This document shows, piece by piece, positions 11,218 through 19,567 of a stretch of 64,000 nucleotides of DNA (positions within the stretch are counted from its first letter, which is position 1; every line of letters begins with the position of its first letter). Where the stretch lies: NCBI GenBank assembly GCA_965224085.1, contig CBDCYI010000004.1:1024001-1088000 (forward strand), in the 5' to 3' direction. Source of the stretch: Candidatus Marinacidobacterales bacterium (GTDB lineage Bacteria; Acidobacteriota; Vicinamibacteria; Marinacidobacterales; SMYC01). The notes beneath the pieces are model-generated. The model saw only the letters and a list, made by a program, of their open reading frames with translations. It ran no database searches and was not told the origin of the DNA. The position numbers and the translations under genes were made by a program.

Positions 11218-11574
11218 ATGACGTCGGCTAAAGTACTCCAGAAGTGGTACACGCGTGCGATCGGGATCTTCTTCCTACTCGTGTTCCTGAGCCTTGTCGC
11301 CGACTTCCGGGAGTTTGGGCACCGGGCCGAGACGTGGCACAAGATCTTTCACTGCCTCGTCGGAGCAGGAGTCCTCACCTTCGGCTGGAACAACGAAGGC
11401 TTCTGGCGACCCTTCTGCATCATCAACGGATCGTTCTTTGTTTTCGTCGCGGCCTTCGGATGGGTATTTCCTGACTTCGGCGGACTCGATGCCTTCAATC
11501 GACTCGACACGACTCTTCACAGTATGGTTGGTAGTTTGGGGCTCTTGATCGGATTACTCGGGAGCCAACGCTAA
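11218..11574 (+). CDS. Small membrane protein (DUF4383-like)
   Basis: Hydrophobic 118 aa with WHKIFH and FNRLDTTLH; SD GGAGGGG. Confidence 0.6.
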   Translation: MTSAKVLQKWYTRAIGIFFLLVFLSLVADFREFGHRAETWHKIFHCLVGAGVLTFGWNNEGFWRPFCIINGSFFVFVAAFGWVFPDFGGLDAFNRLDTTLHSMVGSLGLLIGLLGSQR

Positions 11575-11582
11575 CGTAGGAG

Positions 11583-11955
11583 ATGATGCAAAACTGGAAG
11601 CTCTTTCCGCTGCTTGCTTGCGCCGGCTGCTACGGACAAACGACGACTCCCGGCCCTGCGACCGTGATTTCGCGACGATCGCATCGTCTTGCTCGAGCGG
11701 GCGCTTATGCAAGAAGCCGATCTTTGGGTCGTGCCGGCCGATCTGCCTCGGGTCAACGGATTCGAGCTCAAGCCCGAAGGCGCGTGTCTGGAAGCTCGGT
11801 GCGTACCGGCCTCGGAGGACGGGGTGGACCCCTTGCGCGCGCCTGGCTCGAGCGGTTGTCGCCGCACCGGAGCGCCGCATTTGGAGCCTCGGTCCAATTG
11901 CGCTCGCGCGACGCGCTTACTACGATTCGGCTATTGCCCCGGACTTCGACGTACT
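11583..11955 (+). pseudogene. N-terminal part of a redoxin/TlpA-like protein (two frameshifts, cut before active site)
   Basis: LWVVPADLPRVNGFELKPEGACLEARCVP, then WSLGPIALARRAYYDSAIAPDF in another frame. Confidence 0.55.
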
Positions 11956-12085
11956 GGAGAGGACACTAGGACACCTTAGCGTCACGCTCTATTCGGGCGC
12001 GACCACGACGTCGTAGTGCTCGAACTCGCACGTGCGGTAACCGCGCCAAGGCGCGCCGGTATCACGAGAGGTGGGGAAGAGCTCG

Positions 12086-12553
12086 ATGGATTGGCTGTTG
12101 CCGTTTCTGGGTTTCGTAATCGCTGTGCTCATCCTGCTGCTCCTCCAAAGCCGCCTCGATGTCGAAAACCGTGCCGCGCGCCGCTTCGAGCTCTGGCGCG
12201 AGCGCGAGCTCGAAACGCGCGTCACGGAGCTCCTCGATCATTGGAAGCTCGAAGCAGAGTCCGATATCCGTCGCGACGCCGTCGAGCGCAGCCGCGCCGT
12301 TGTTATCGGTAAAGTGAGCGAGCATCTCGCGCCATGGATCGGGGAATTTCCTTACAACCCGAAGGACGTACGCTTCCTCGGAACCCCAGTGGACCTCATC
12401 GTGTTCGATGGACTGGACGAGGACGCACTCGAGGAAATCGTCTTCGTCGCAGTCAAGACCGGGCCGTCCGCCAATCTGACGAAGCGCGAACGACGATTGC
12501 GGGACGCTGTAAACAACGGCCGGGTGCGATGGGAAGAGCTGAGGCTCGACTAG
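12086..12553 (+). CDS. Membrane-anchored Holliday-junction-resolvase-like endonuclease (Endonuc_Holl type)
   Basis: N-terminal TM; DAVERSRAVVIGKVSEHLAP..FPYNPKDVRFLGTPVDLIVFDGL...VKTG. Confidence 0.85.
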   Translation: MDWLLPFLGFVIAVLILLLLQSRLDVENRAARRFELWRERELETRVTELLDHWKLEAESDIRRDAVERSRAVVIGKVSEHLAPWIGEFPYNPKDVRFLGTPVDLIVFDGLDEDALEEIVFVAVKTGPSANLTKRERRLRDAVNNGRVRWEELRLD

Positions 12554-12614
12554 TGCTCGAACGCGCTAGTCGAACGGGATAGGCATGATCACGATTTTTT
12601 CACCCCGGCGCGAC

Positions 12615-12631
12615 TCGGCACAACTACTGCA
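12615..12631 (+). promoter_or_regulatory. Candidate sigma-54 -24/-12 promoter
   Basis: TCGGCACAACTACTGCA has GG-N10-GC, ~110 nt upstream of the CMD gene. Confidence 0.4.
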
Positions 12632-12740
12632 ATCAGGAACGTTGCGTCGCTTTTGTCGTATCTATTGGTGCAATCTTCCCGCATGGTATCATGACAACGC
12701 CCCCGGGAGCTTGGGTTTTTGCAGGAGGAGGTTGAATCAG

Positions 12741-13145
12741 ATGGCGAACGATTCGGAGGTCGCTAACAAGAACGACCGCATTCCGGGGATTGACTACGAC
12801 CCTGGCAACAAGAAGGGCCCGGCCTCTTACTCGATGATCGAGCCACGCTTGAAGAACATCTATGCGCAGTTCTACAAAGAGACCTACTACACGGACAAAA
12901 AGGTCTTGGATGCAAAGACCCAAGAGCTCATCGCTTTGGCGTGCTCGTTGGTTGCGAAGTGCGATGGCTGCATAGAAGGGCATATCAAAAAGGCGCTCAA
13001 GGAAGGCGCGACCAGGGAAGAGATCAGCGAGTGTATCGTGATCGCGGTCGGGATCAACGCGGCAGCGATCGTGGACATGACCGACAAAGCGGCGGCGAAG
13101 CTGGAATTGAACCACTTCCCTGCCGGGTCGGGCCGCAAGACTTAG
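12741..13145 (+). CDS. Carboxymuconolactone decarboxylase/AhpD-like protein
   Basis: LDAKTQELIALACSLVAKCDGCIEGHIKKALKEGATREEI; SD AGGAGG. Confidence 0.88.
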   Translation: MANDSEVANKNDRIPGIDYDPGNKKGPASYSMIEPRLKNIYAQFYKETYYTDKKVLDAKTQELIALACSLVAKCDGCIEGHIKKALKEGATREEISECIVIAVGINAAAIVDMTDKAAAKLELNHFPAGSGRKT

Positions 13146-13181
13146 GGCCCGACACGGCATCCGCTGCGAGCTATCCGTGAG

Positions 13182-15236
13182 CTATTGGCGTGGCGAACCT
13201 TGTTGATGCCGGCCATTGTACAGGCGGTCCATCAGGTCGCTGAATTGAGGAAAGAGAAGCGCTTGGGGACCGTCGCTCAGCGCTTTTTCGGGCTCGGGGT
13301 GGATCTCGACCATGACGCCGTGAGCGCCGACGGTCTTGCTTGCGAGCGCAAGCGTCGGGACGAGCTCCCGCTTGCCGGCAGCATGAGACGGGTCGACGAT
13401 GACCGGCAAATGAGTGCGGCTCCGGAGGACTGGGACGGCGCTCAAGTCGAGCGTGTTGCGCGTCGCCGTCTCGAACGTCCGTATGCCACGCTCGCACAGA
13501 AACACTTGTTGATTGCCACCCGCGAGAATGTATTCCGCGGCTTGCAGGAGCTCATCGAGCGAGCTGCTCATGCCGCGCTTCAACATGACAGGGCGCCGTA
13601 CTCTGCCAACTTCCGAGAGCAGGGTGAAGTTCTGCATGTTCCTCGCGCCAATCTGGAGGATGTCTGCCGTCTCCGCCACCCGGACGACATCATCCGGTGA
13701 CAGGACTTCCGTGACGACCGGAAGCCCGTATTTCTGTCCCGCCTCGACGAGCATCTCTAGCCCCTTGTAGCCGAGGCCTTGAAAGCTGTAGGGAGACGTC
13801 CGCGGTTTGAAACATCCGCCCCGCAAGATGTGTCCTCCCTGTTGTTTGACTTCGCGAGCGCAGGTCATTATCTGGTCGCGCGTTTCGACCGCGCACGGAC
13901 CGGCGATCATCACTAAGCTGTCGCCACCTAGCCTGACGTCTTTGACGTCGATGACGGTGTCGTCCGGTTTGTACTCGCGGCTGGCCAGCCGGTAGCCGCT
14001 CGCTTTCCGGACGTCCGGCGGCGGCATCGTCGCGACGATGGCTTCCGTGCGCGTGTGGTCTTGCGCGGGAAGCGGCGCGCGAACGGCTGGCGCGGGCAAG
14101 TCCTTCGACGGATAGCAACCGAGCACCTTGATGAAACGAGCGCGTCTCGTAACTTCGTCGAGTCCATTTTGAATTTTCTCGTCGGCCAGATTGCCTTGAA
14201 AGTCGAGATAGAACATCTCCTCCCATGGGTTCTCGAGGATCGGTCGAGACTCGAGCTTGGTGAGGTTGATACCGTGCTCCCGGAACACCAAGAGCGCTTC
14301 GAGGAGGGAGCCCGGCTGGTTCCCCGTCATCATCACGATCGACGTTTTGCACGGGATGCGCGGATCCACGTGGACGGCTTTGCGCGCGCTGACGAGAAAG
14401 CGCGTGTAGTTCTCGCGTTGATTCGCGATGTTACGCTCGATGACACCGAGCCCGAAGATCCGTGCGGCCTCTTCACTGGCGATCGCCGCTTGGTAGACGA
14501 GCCCGTCCTCAAGGATCTTCTTTCCCGAGAGTGCCGTGTCGCTGAAGTACTCGATCTTGCAATGGGGCAGCCGCGTCAGGAAATCGCTGCACTGCAGTAC
14601 GGTTTGGGGGTGACAATAAATGGTGCGGATATCAGAGAGCTTCGCGTCGGGAAGCGCCAGAAGGCAGTGGTCCACCTTGAGCTTTACTTCTCCCACGATC
14701 GATAGCTGCGCGTGCAACAAAAGGTCGTAAACGTCGGTGATACCTCCCGACGTGGTGTTCTCGATCGGCAAGATCGCAAGATCTGCATGGCCTTTCTCGA
14801 CGGCCTCGACGACGTCTTTGAACTGGGCGTGACCGAAATAAGACACGGCGGCGGCCTTTCGGGAGAAATATTCCTGCGCCGCGAGATGGCTATACGCACC
14901 TTCGATACCTTGGAAGGCGATACGCAGTGAACCGGACCCTTTATTGACACGGCCTTGGTAGTACTCTTCTTGAACGCGGATCGAGTCTTCTAAAACGTCG
15001 TGAAAGACGCTCGTCACGTAGTGCGAGTCGAGCCCCTGACTCGCACCCTCCTCGACACGGTCGGCGATAAGCGCTTCCTCCCGCGTCTTGTCCCGGAACC
15101 AATCGGGCTGAGCTTGTTTAGCCCTCGCCGCTTCGATGCTGCGTTTGCGACGCTCCGCCAGCAAACGGAGCAACTCTCGATCGATGCCGTCGATGGCGTC
15201 TCGGACCGATTGGATGTCGCGTTTGTCGCTACTCAT
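13182..15236 (-). CDS. pheA: Trifunctional chorismate mutase / prephenate dehydratase-ACT / DAHP synthase (type I-beta)
   Basis: Aro[13 protein letters not shown]; [27 protein letters not shown]; [13 protein letters not shown]; [35 protein letters not shown]. Confidence 0.93.
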   Translation of the reverse strand: MSSDKRDIQSVRDAIDGIDRELLRLLAERRKRSIEAARAKQAQPDWFRDKTREEALIADRVEEGASQGLDSHYVTSVFHDVLEDSIRVQEEYYQGRVNKGSGSLRIAFQGIEGAYSHLAAQEYFSRKAAAVSYFGHAQFKDVVEAVEKGHADLAILPIENTTSGGITDVYDLLLHAQLSIVGEVKLKVDHCLLALPDAKLSDIRTIYCHPQTVLQCSDFLTRLPHCKIEYFSDTALSGKKILEDGLVYQAAIASEEAARIFGLGVIERNIANQRENYTRFLVSARKAVHVDPRIPCKTSIVMMTGNQPGSLLEALLVFREHGINLTKLESRPILENPWEEMFYLDFQGNLADEKIQNGLDEVTRRARFIKVLGCYPSKDLPAPAVRAPLPAQDHTRTEAIVATMPPPDVRKASGYRLASREYKPDDTVIDVKDVRLGGDSLVMIAGPCAVETRDQIMTCAREVKQQGGHILRGGCFKPRTSPYSFQGLGYKGLEMLVEAGQKYGLPVVTEVLSPDDVVRVAETADILQIGARNMQNFTLLSEVGRVRRPVMLKRGMSSSLDELLQAAEYILAGGNQQVFLCERGIRTFETATRNTLDLSAVPVLRSRTHLPVIVDPSHAAGKRELVPTLALASKTVGAHGVMVEIHPEPEKALSDGPQALLFPQFSDLMDRLYNGRHQQGSPRQ

Positions 15237-15316
15237 TTCTTTTCCTCTCGAGGATAGGAACCATACAGATCTGTCGGCGAAAAATGGGCGGCGTGGGTAG
15301 TGAAATCGTCGGCGCG

Positions 15317-15385
15317 CTAGGCGCCAAAAAAGAAGAAGAAAGCGCCGCAGAAGGTAGGTCGAATCGTCTTGGCGGCCACTTGCAT
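15317..15385 (-). CDS. Phe-rich attenuator leader peptide [22 protein letters not shown]
   Basis: 22-codon ORF with five consecutive Phe codons, between a promoter and the pheA fusion; GGAG upstream (GTG at 15379 is an alternative start). Confidence 0.85.
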   Translation of the reverse strand: MQVAAKTIRPTFCGAFFFFFGA

Positions 15386-15400
15386 CACTCCAACGCGCGC

Positions 15401-15429
15401 ATTGTGACCCAAACGCGACCGATCGTCAA
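15401..15429 (-). promoter_or_regulatory. Sigma-70-type promoter for leader/pheA
   Basis: TTGACG-17 nt-CACAAT on the minus strand. Confidence 0.6.
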
Positions 15430-15525
15430 GCCGAACCCTACAACGTCCTAATTGTAATGGAGTGAGATACAGCCCCGAGAGGGGGGAAGTTCAATTGCGT
15501 GTATCAGTTAGCGGTGTGGTTTCTC

Positions 15526-15541
15526 TGGCATGGTCTCTGCA
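15526..15541 (+). promoter_or_regulatory. Candidate sigma-54 -24/-12 promoter
   Basis: TGGCATGGTCTCTGCA (GG-N10-GC), 30 nt before ATG 15572. Confidence 0.5.
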
Positions 15542-15571
15542 CTGGGGGTATGGCAACAAAGGAGAGTCGCC

Positions 15572-16050
15572 ATGAGAACGAACAAGACAAAGAGCTACCT
15601 GATGGTCTTCCTGCTCGCCTCCGTCGTCAGCACACCTTTGGCGGCGAAATCGAAGAAGAAACTGCTCAACCGAAGCGTCTACATGCCGATCGACTTCAAG
15701 CTGTGCGAGCATCTCGGGGAGGGGATCCTCTACGAGAACGACCGCCCCATGTCCAAGATGCCCGCGGGACGTTTGTTCCAGTTCACGTATTACGCCGAGC
15801 GTGAGGTCCTCTTGCCCGAGCAAGTGCGTGTGCGTGTCAACGGCAAATATCTAGCTGACGACGAGCCCTTCACCGCAAAGCTCTCCGTCACGGTCCAGGG
15901 CATCCACACCGCGCATCGGTTCCGCTCGGCCAAAACAAAGGTTCAGTTGCAGAAGCAACGCAAGAAAATCGACACGAGACTCGAGAAACGCACTATTCGC
16001 CTGGCTTGCAAGAGGTTTGCAAACGGGAGCGCCAAGTTGCGGCGCCGTGA
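15572..16050 (+). CDS. Basic exported hypothetical protein (probable frameshift ~16017)
   Basis: SD AAGGAG and signal peptide MRTNKTKSYLMVFLLASVVSTPLAA. One extra T gives a stop at 16050 instead of a run-on antisense to the thioredoxin. Confidence 0.6.
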
Positions 16051-16084
16051 CAGGACTGGTGAGCGCGCCTGGTCGTTGGGTTCG

Positions 16085-16948
16085 TCAATAAAGCAGACGA
16101 GTGAGTTTCTTGCGATAGTCGTCGGCCAGCTCGCTTCGGACGCCGACGACATGAAAGACTTCGACCATCCGCTTCTTCGCCTCACCCATGGCGAGCACGC
16201 GGTCGCGCTCGGCCGCTTGCAAGAATATGTCGAGCGCCTCCGGGTAGCGGCGGTTCGCCGCGAGCACTTGGCCAAGCTCCATCATCGCGCTCGAGTCCTC
16301 GGGATTCGCTGCGAGTCGTTCACGAAGTTCCTCTTCGCTCGACTCCAATCGAACGTCGCCGAGCGCGAGCTCCGACTGCAGTTGATCTATCCGTTCGGCG
16401 TGCGCGCCGGTTGCTGGCTGGAGTTTTTCCACTATCGCCTGCGCCTCCTCACGCTCGCCGCGCCCGGCCAGTATCTCGGCGAAGCCGATACAGGCACCGA
16501 CATGACCATCGTCCATTTCGAGTGCTCGCAGATAAAGCGGCTCCGCCTGCTCCGGCGATGACGCGCGAAGCTTGTCCGCTTCCTCCACGATCTCGTCGGT
16601 GGGTGAGGGCAACAAGCGCCCGAGAAATTCACGGACGGCGTCTTCGGGAAGAGCGCCCGAGAACTGGGCGACCGGCTCGCCGCTGCGAAAAGCGATTACC
16701 GTCGGGATGCTATGGATACCGAAAATCTGCGCCACCCGCTGCGCGCGGTCGGTATCGACTTTGGCGAGAAGGAACTTCCCTCTTCCCTCATCGGCGAGCT
16801 TCTCGAGCGTCGGGCCCAGAACCCGGCAGGGCCCACACCACTCCGCCCAGAAATCGACGACGATGGGCAGCTGGTGCGACCGCTCCAGCACATCCGCTTC
16901 GAAGGTCTCGTCGGTGACGTTGATCACTGTGGTGGGTCGTTCGGTCAT
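16085..16948 (-). CDS. Thioredoxin-TPR co-chaperone (YbbN/CnoX-like)
   Basis: VDFWAEWCGPC plus TPR region and C-terminal YRKKLTRLLY. Confidence 0.9.
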   Translation of the reverse strand: MTERPTTVINVTDETFEADVLERSHQLPIVVDFWAEWCGPCRVLGPTLEKLADEGRGKFLLAKVDTDRAQRVAQIFGIHSIPTVIAFRSGEPVAQFSGALPEDAVREFLGRLLPSPTDEIVEEADKLRASSPEQAEPLYLRALEMDDGHVGACIGFAEILAGRGEREEAQAIVEKLQPATGAHAERIDQLQSELALGDVRLESSEEELRERLAANPEDSSAMMELGQVLAANRRYPEALDIFLQAAERDRVLAMGEAKKRMVEVFHVVGVRSELADDYRKKLTRLLY

Positions 16949-18054
16949 GACACTCCAGCAAAAACACCGAGTTGTTGCTCGGCGGGATTCGGCACCGAGT
17001 GCTTGCCGCTTTCTAGAGCTTGACGTGCCGCTTCCTCCACCTCGGCAAGGACCTCTTGCTCGGCTCGCTTGAGGACTTCACGGTTCGGGACATCGGTCGC
17101 GAGCGCGAGATCGGACTCGGTAAGATAGGTCTCGTACATGCCGATCGGGTCCCGCTTGCCCCAATAAGTGAAAGCCTCCTCACGGAGAATCTTCCGAGAC
17201 TCTCCTTCGTCATGGGTGGCGTGCCCGCCCATGCGGAAGGTCTTGGCCGTCACCATTATCGGACCTTTGCCGAGACGAGCGAGTTCCGCTGCGAGCGCGC
17301 TCGTCGCGTAGACGTCGAGAACGTTGTTGCCGTTGCAAATGTATTTCGTCGCCGCGTAGATCGTCGCCACCCCGCCCATAGGCGCTGCGCTATGGCTCTC
17401 GAGCGGCGTTCCGAGTGCAATCTGATTGTCCTGCACGAAGACGACGAGCGGCAGCGACAAGGATTTAGCGCACATCATTCCTTCGTGAAACGCCGTAGTG
17501 CGCGTGCTTCCGTCCCCGACCCATGTGAGCGCGATGTTGTCTTTGTTCTGAAGCTTGAGCGACAACGCGACGCCGGCGCAAACCGGGACGAGCGCGCCGA
17601 CCATGCTGATGGGTGCGACGACGCCCTTCTCCAAATCTCCGAAGTGAATATCTCGACCTCGCGATGGCGAGTCTTCCGTCCCTAGATAGGCGCGCAGCAT
17701 GTCCGCGATCGACATGCCCATTTCATGACACGCACCCGCGTTTCGGATCATCGGCCCCACCATGTCGCCCTTCTGGAGCGCATGGACGGCGCCGACCGTC
17801 GCCGCCTCTTCCCCGGTCCCGAGCCACGCTTTGGAGATGATGCCCTGGCGGACCCATCGCTTGAGCGTGATGTCGTGGAGTCGATTGCGTACGAGACCCT
17901 TGTAGAGCCCGAGATGTTGCCCGGGCGTCAGTGCCGACACGACACTCCGGCGCGTCGGGTCCTGCATCACGCGCGACCGGAACTCTTCCATGACGGCCGG
18001 ATCGGGAGTCCAGTTCTGATATTCGGGAGGATCGTAAGCGGCGTATCGCTTCAC
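16945..18054 (-). CDS. TPP-dependent 2-oxoacid dehydrogenase E1 alpha subunit
   Basis: GEEA, VGDGSTRTTAFHEG...QDNQ TPP motif, TFRMGGHATHD, RDPI. Confidence 0.9.
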   Translation of the reverse strand: MKRYAAYDPPEYQNWTPDPAVMEEFRSRVMQDPTRRSVVSALTPGQHLGLYKGLVRNRLHDITLKRWVRQGIISKAWLGTGEEAATVGAVHALQKGDMVGPMIRNAGACHEMGMSIADMLRAYLGTEDSPSRGRDIHFGDLEKGVVAPISMVGALVPVCAGVALSLKLQNKDNIALTWVGDGSTRTTAFHEGMMCAKSLSLPLVVFVQDNQIALGTPLESHSAAPMGGVATIYAATKYICNGNNVLDVYATSALAAELARLGKGPIMVTAKTFRMGGHATHDEGESRKILREEAFTYWGKRDPIGMYETYLTESDLALATDVPNREVLKRAEQEVLAEVEEAARQALESGKHSVPNPAEQQLGVFAGVS

Positions 18055-18084
18055 GCCGACTCGATCTCGTCAATATTCTCGGTG

Positions 18085-18569
18085 GTCTCGATGCCTTTGG
18101 TCTTCTCGAGTGTTTTGTAGAGAACGTAGGTCGTCTCGTAGTGCAGATCGTCGAGGACGACATTGTCCCCCGGCTTCAAGTCGAGTGCGTTCGCAACGAT
18201 GTTCTCGCCCTCGCTCGTCGCGAAGAGAAACGAGACCTCCTCGGGCTTGGCCCCCAAAAGAGACGAGAAGCTCTGGCGCACTTCGTTCCCTTTCTCGAGC
18301 ATAGCTCCGAGCAGGATGGGGTCTTCGGACTTCGAGCGCGCAAAGGCAACGCCCGCCTCTTCGACCGCGCGCGGCGGCGGGCCGATATAGGGCGTGTTGA
18401 GGTAGTTCGATTTCGTGGCCGCCGGAAAATCCGCGCGCACGCCGAGTGCGTCCGCGGCGCCTGTCGAGCCTGTCGTCGAGCCTGTTGAGATTGTCGAGCT
18501 GCGTGTGCTTTCTGCGACCGCAAGGGCGGCCGCCGTCGTGGCCAGGAACTCTCTGCGATCCAGTTTCAT
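18085..18569 (-). pseudogene. Tat-signal class V aminotransferase/cysteine desulfurase-like, N-terminal third
   Basis: DRREFL signal; VRADFP, YLN, ATSEGENIVANAL, DDLHY; no PLP-Lys region. Confidence 0.75.
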
Positions 18570-19084
18570 GATGCCTCCTGTGGGAAGGGTTTTATCATCC
18601 GGAGGGCACGTTGTCCGGCGGGATAGATTCCGAGACCGTCGCCGAGCCGGAAGCCAGCGCTTCGAAAAAGACGTTGCGCACGCGGGTTGTCCTCGGCGAC
18701 GACGAGCCAGACTTCGCGCGGCTTGCTCGGCGAGCTCTCCGCGAGTGCCAAGGCTTTCGCGAGAAGCTGGCCGCCGATGCCGCGCGACTGGAGCTCCGTC
18801 ACGACCGCGATGGCTACGAGGTCGGCGACGTTTTCTCGCGGACGTTCCGGATCGGCGTAGGCGGTGATCATGGAGAACCCCGCGGCTCGTTCGTCGAGCT
18901 CGGCGATGGAGGTCGTTACCGCGTCGTTCTCGAACCAGTCTGCGAGGTAGCGGTCATAACTGCCAAAGGCGAGAAAAGTATTTTGGGCCATGGCGCGGAT
19001 GAACGGTGCGTCCTGCGCGCGCGCGGGTCGCACGATGATCTCGCTCTCGCAGGGGCTGGGTTTCGAGCTCGACAATTTCAGCAT
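18566..19084 (-). CDS. GNAT N-acetyltransferase
   Basis: IAV..ELQSRGIGGQLL; VAEDNPRAQRLF..AGF. Confidence 0.85.
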   Translation of the reverse strand: MLKLSSSKPSPCESEIIVRPARAQDAPFIRAMAQNTFLAFGSYDRYLADWFENDAVTTSIAELDERAAGFSMITAYADPERPRENVADLVAIAVVTELQSRGIGGQLLAKALALAESSPSKPREVWLVVAEDNPRAQRLFRSAGFRLGDGLGIYPAGQRALRMIKPFPQEAS

Positions 19085-19089
19085 AGGCT

Positions 19090-19123
19090 CAACATAATCA
19101 ACATGATCAACATGATCAACATG
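19090..19123. repeat. 9-bp tandem repeat (CAACATGAT)x~4
   Basis: caacataat caacatgat caacatgat caacatg. Confidence 0.85.
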
Positions 19124-19141
19124 GGGTTCAGGACGCGCGGT

Positions 19142-19555
19142 CTAGAACGGACCGGGCAGCGCGTTTTTGAGTACTTCGAAATCTTGCACCGGTGAGGTGA
19201 CCACGCGTTGGCCTTGTGTCGAGAGCTCGCAACAAAGTCCGACGCCGATCCACGCCACTTTCAAGAGCGTGCCGCCGTAGCCAGAGCCGCAAACAAATGC
19301 CATCCGTTCCGTGGGGAAGAACCGTCCGCCCCGTACGAGGACCTTCCAGTCCTTGGGCTCGACGACAGTTATCTGATACTCGGTGTTCTGTGTGAGGACC
19401 CGCAGAACCGTTACTGGCGCGAGAGCGCCGATATGGATCCCTTTTTGTCCCGTTGTGGCTTCGGTGAAGCCCGACAGTGTGCCATGGCGCGGGACGAGAA
19501 CACCTCTGTCTTCATCGTTCCCGATAGACGTTGTCAAAGGGTCTGTCTTTTGCAT
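19142..19555 (-). CDS. Hypothetical protein
   Basis: 137-aa ORF co-oriented after dacB; VLVRGGRFFP...GGTLLKVAWIG...TSPV. Confidence 0.7.
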   Translation of the reverse strand: MQKTDPLTTSIGNDEDRGVLVPRHGTLSGFTEATTGQKGIHIGALAPVTVLRVLTQNTEYQITVVEPKDWKVLVRGGRFFPTERMAFVCGSGYGGTLLKVAWIGVGLCCELSTQGQRVVTSPVQDFEVLKNALPGPF

Positions 19556-19567
19556 GCCGCCCTGCGC

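Noticed and set aside
16051-16561. 343-aa ORF overlapping the thioredoxin-TPR gene antisense
   Set aside because: Likely run-on from a frameshift near 16017; the tail is the antisense shadow of a real gene
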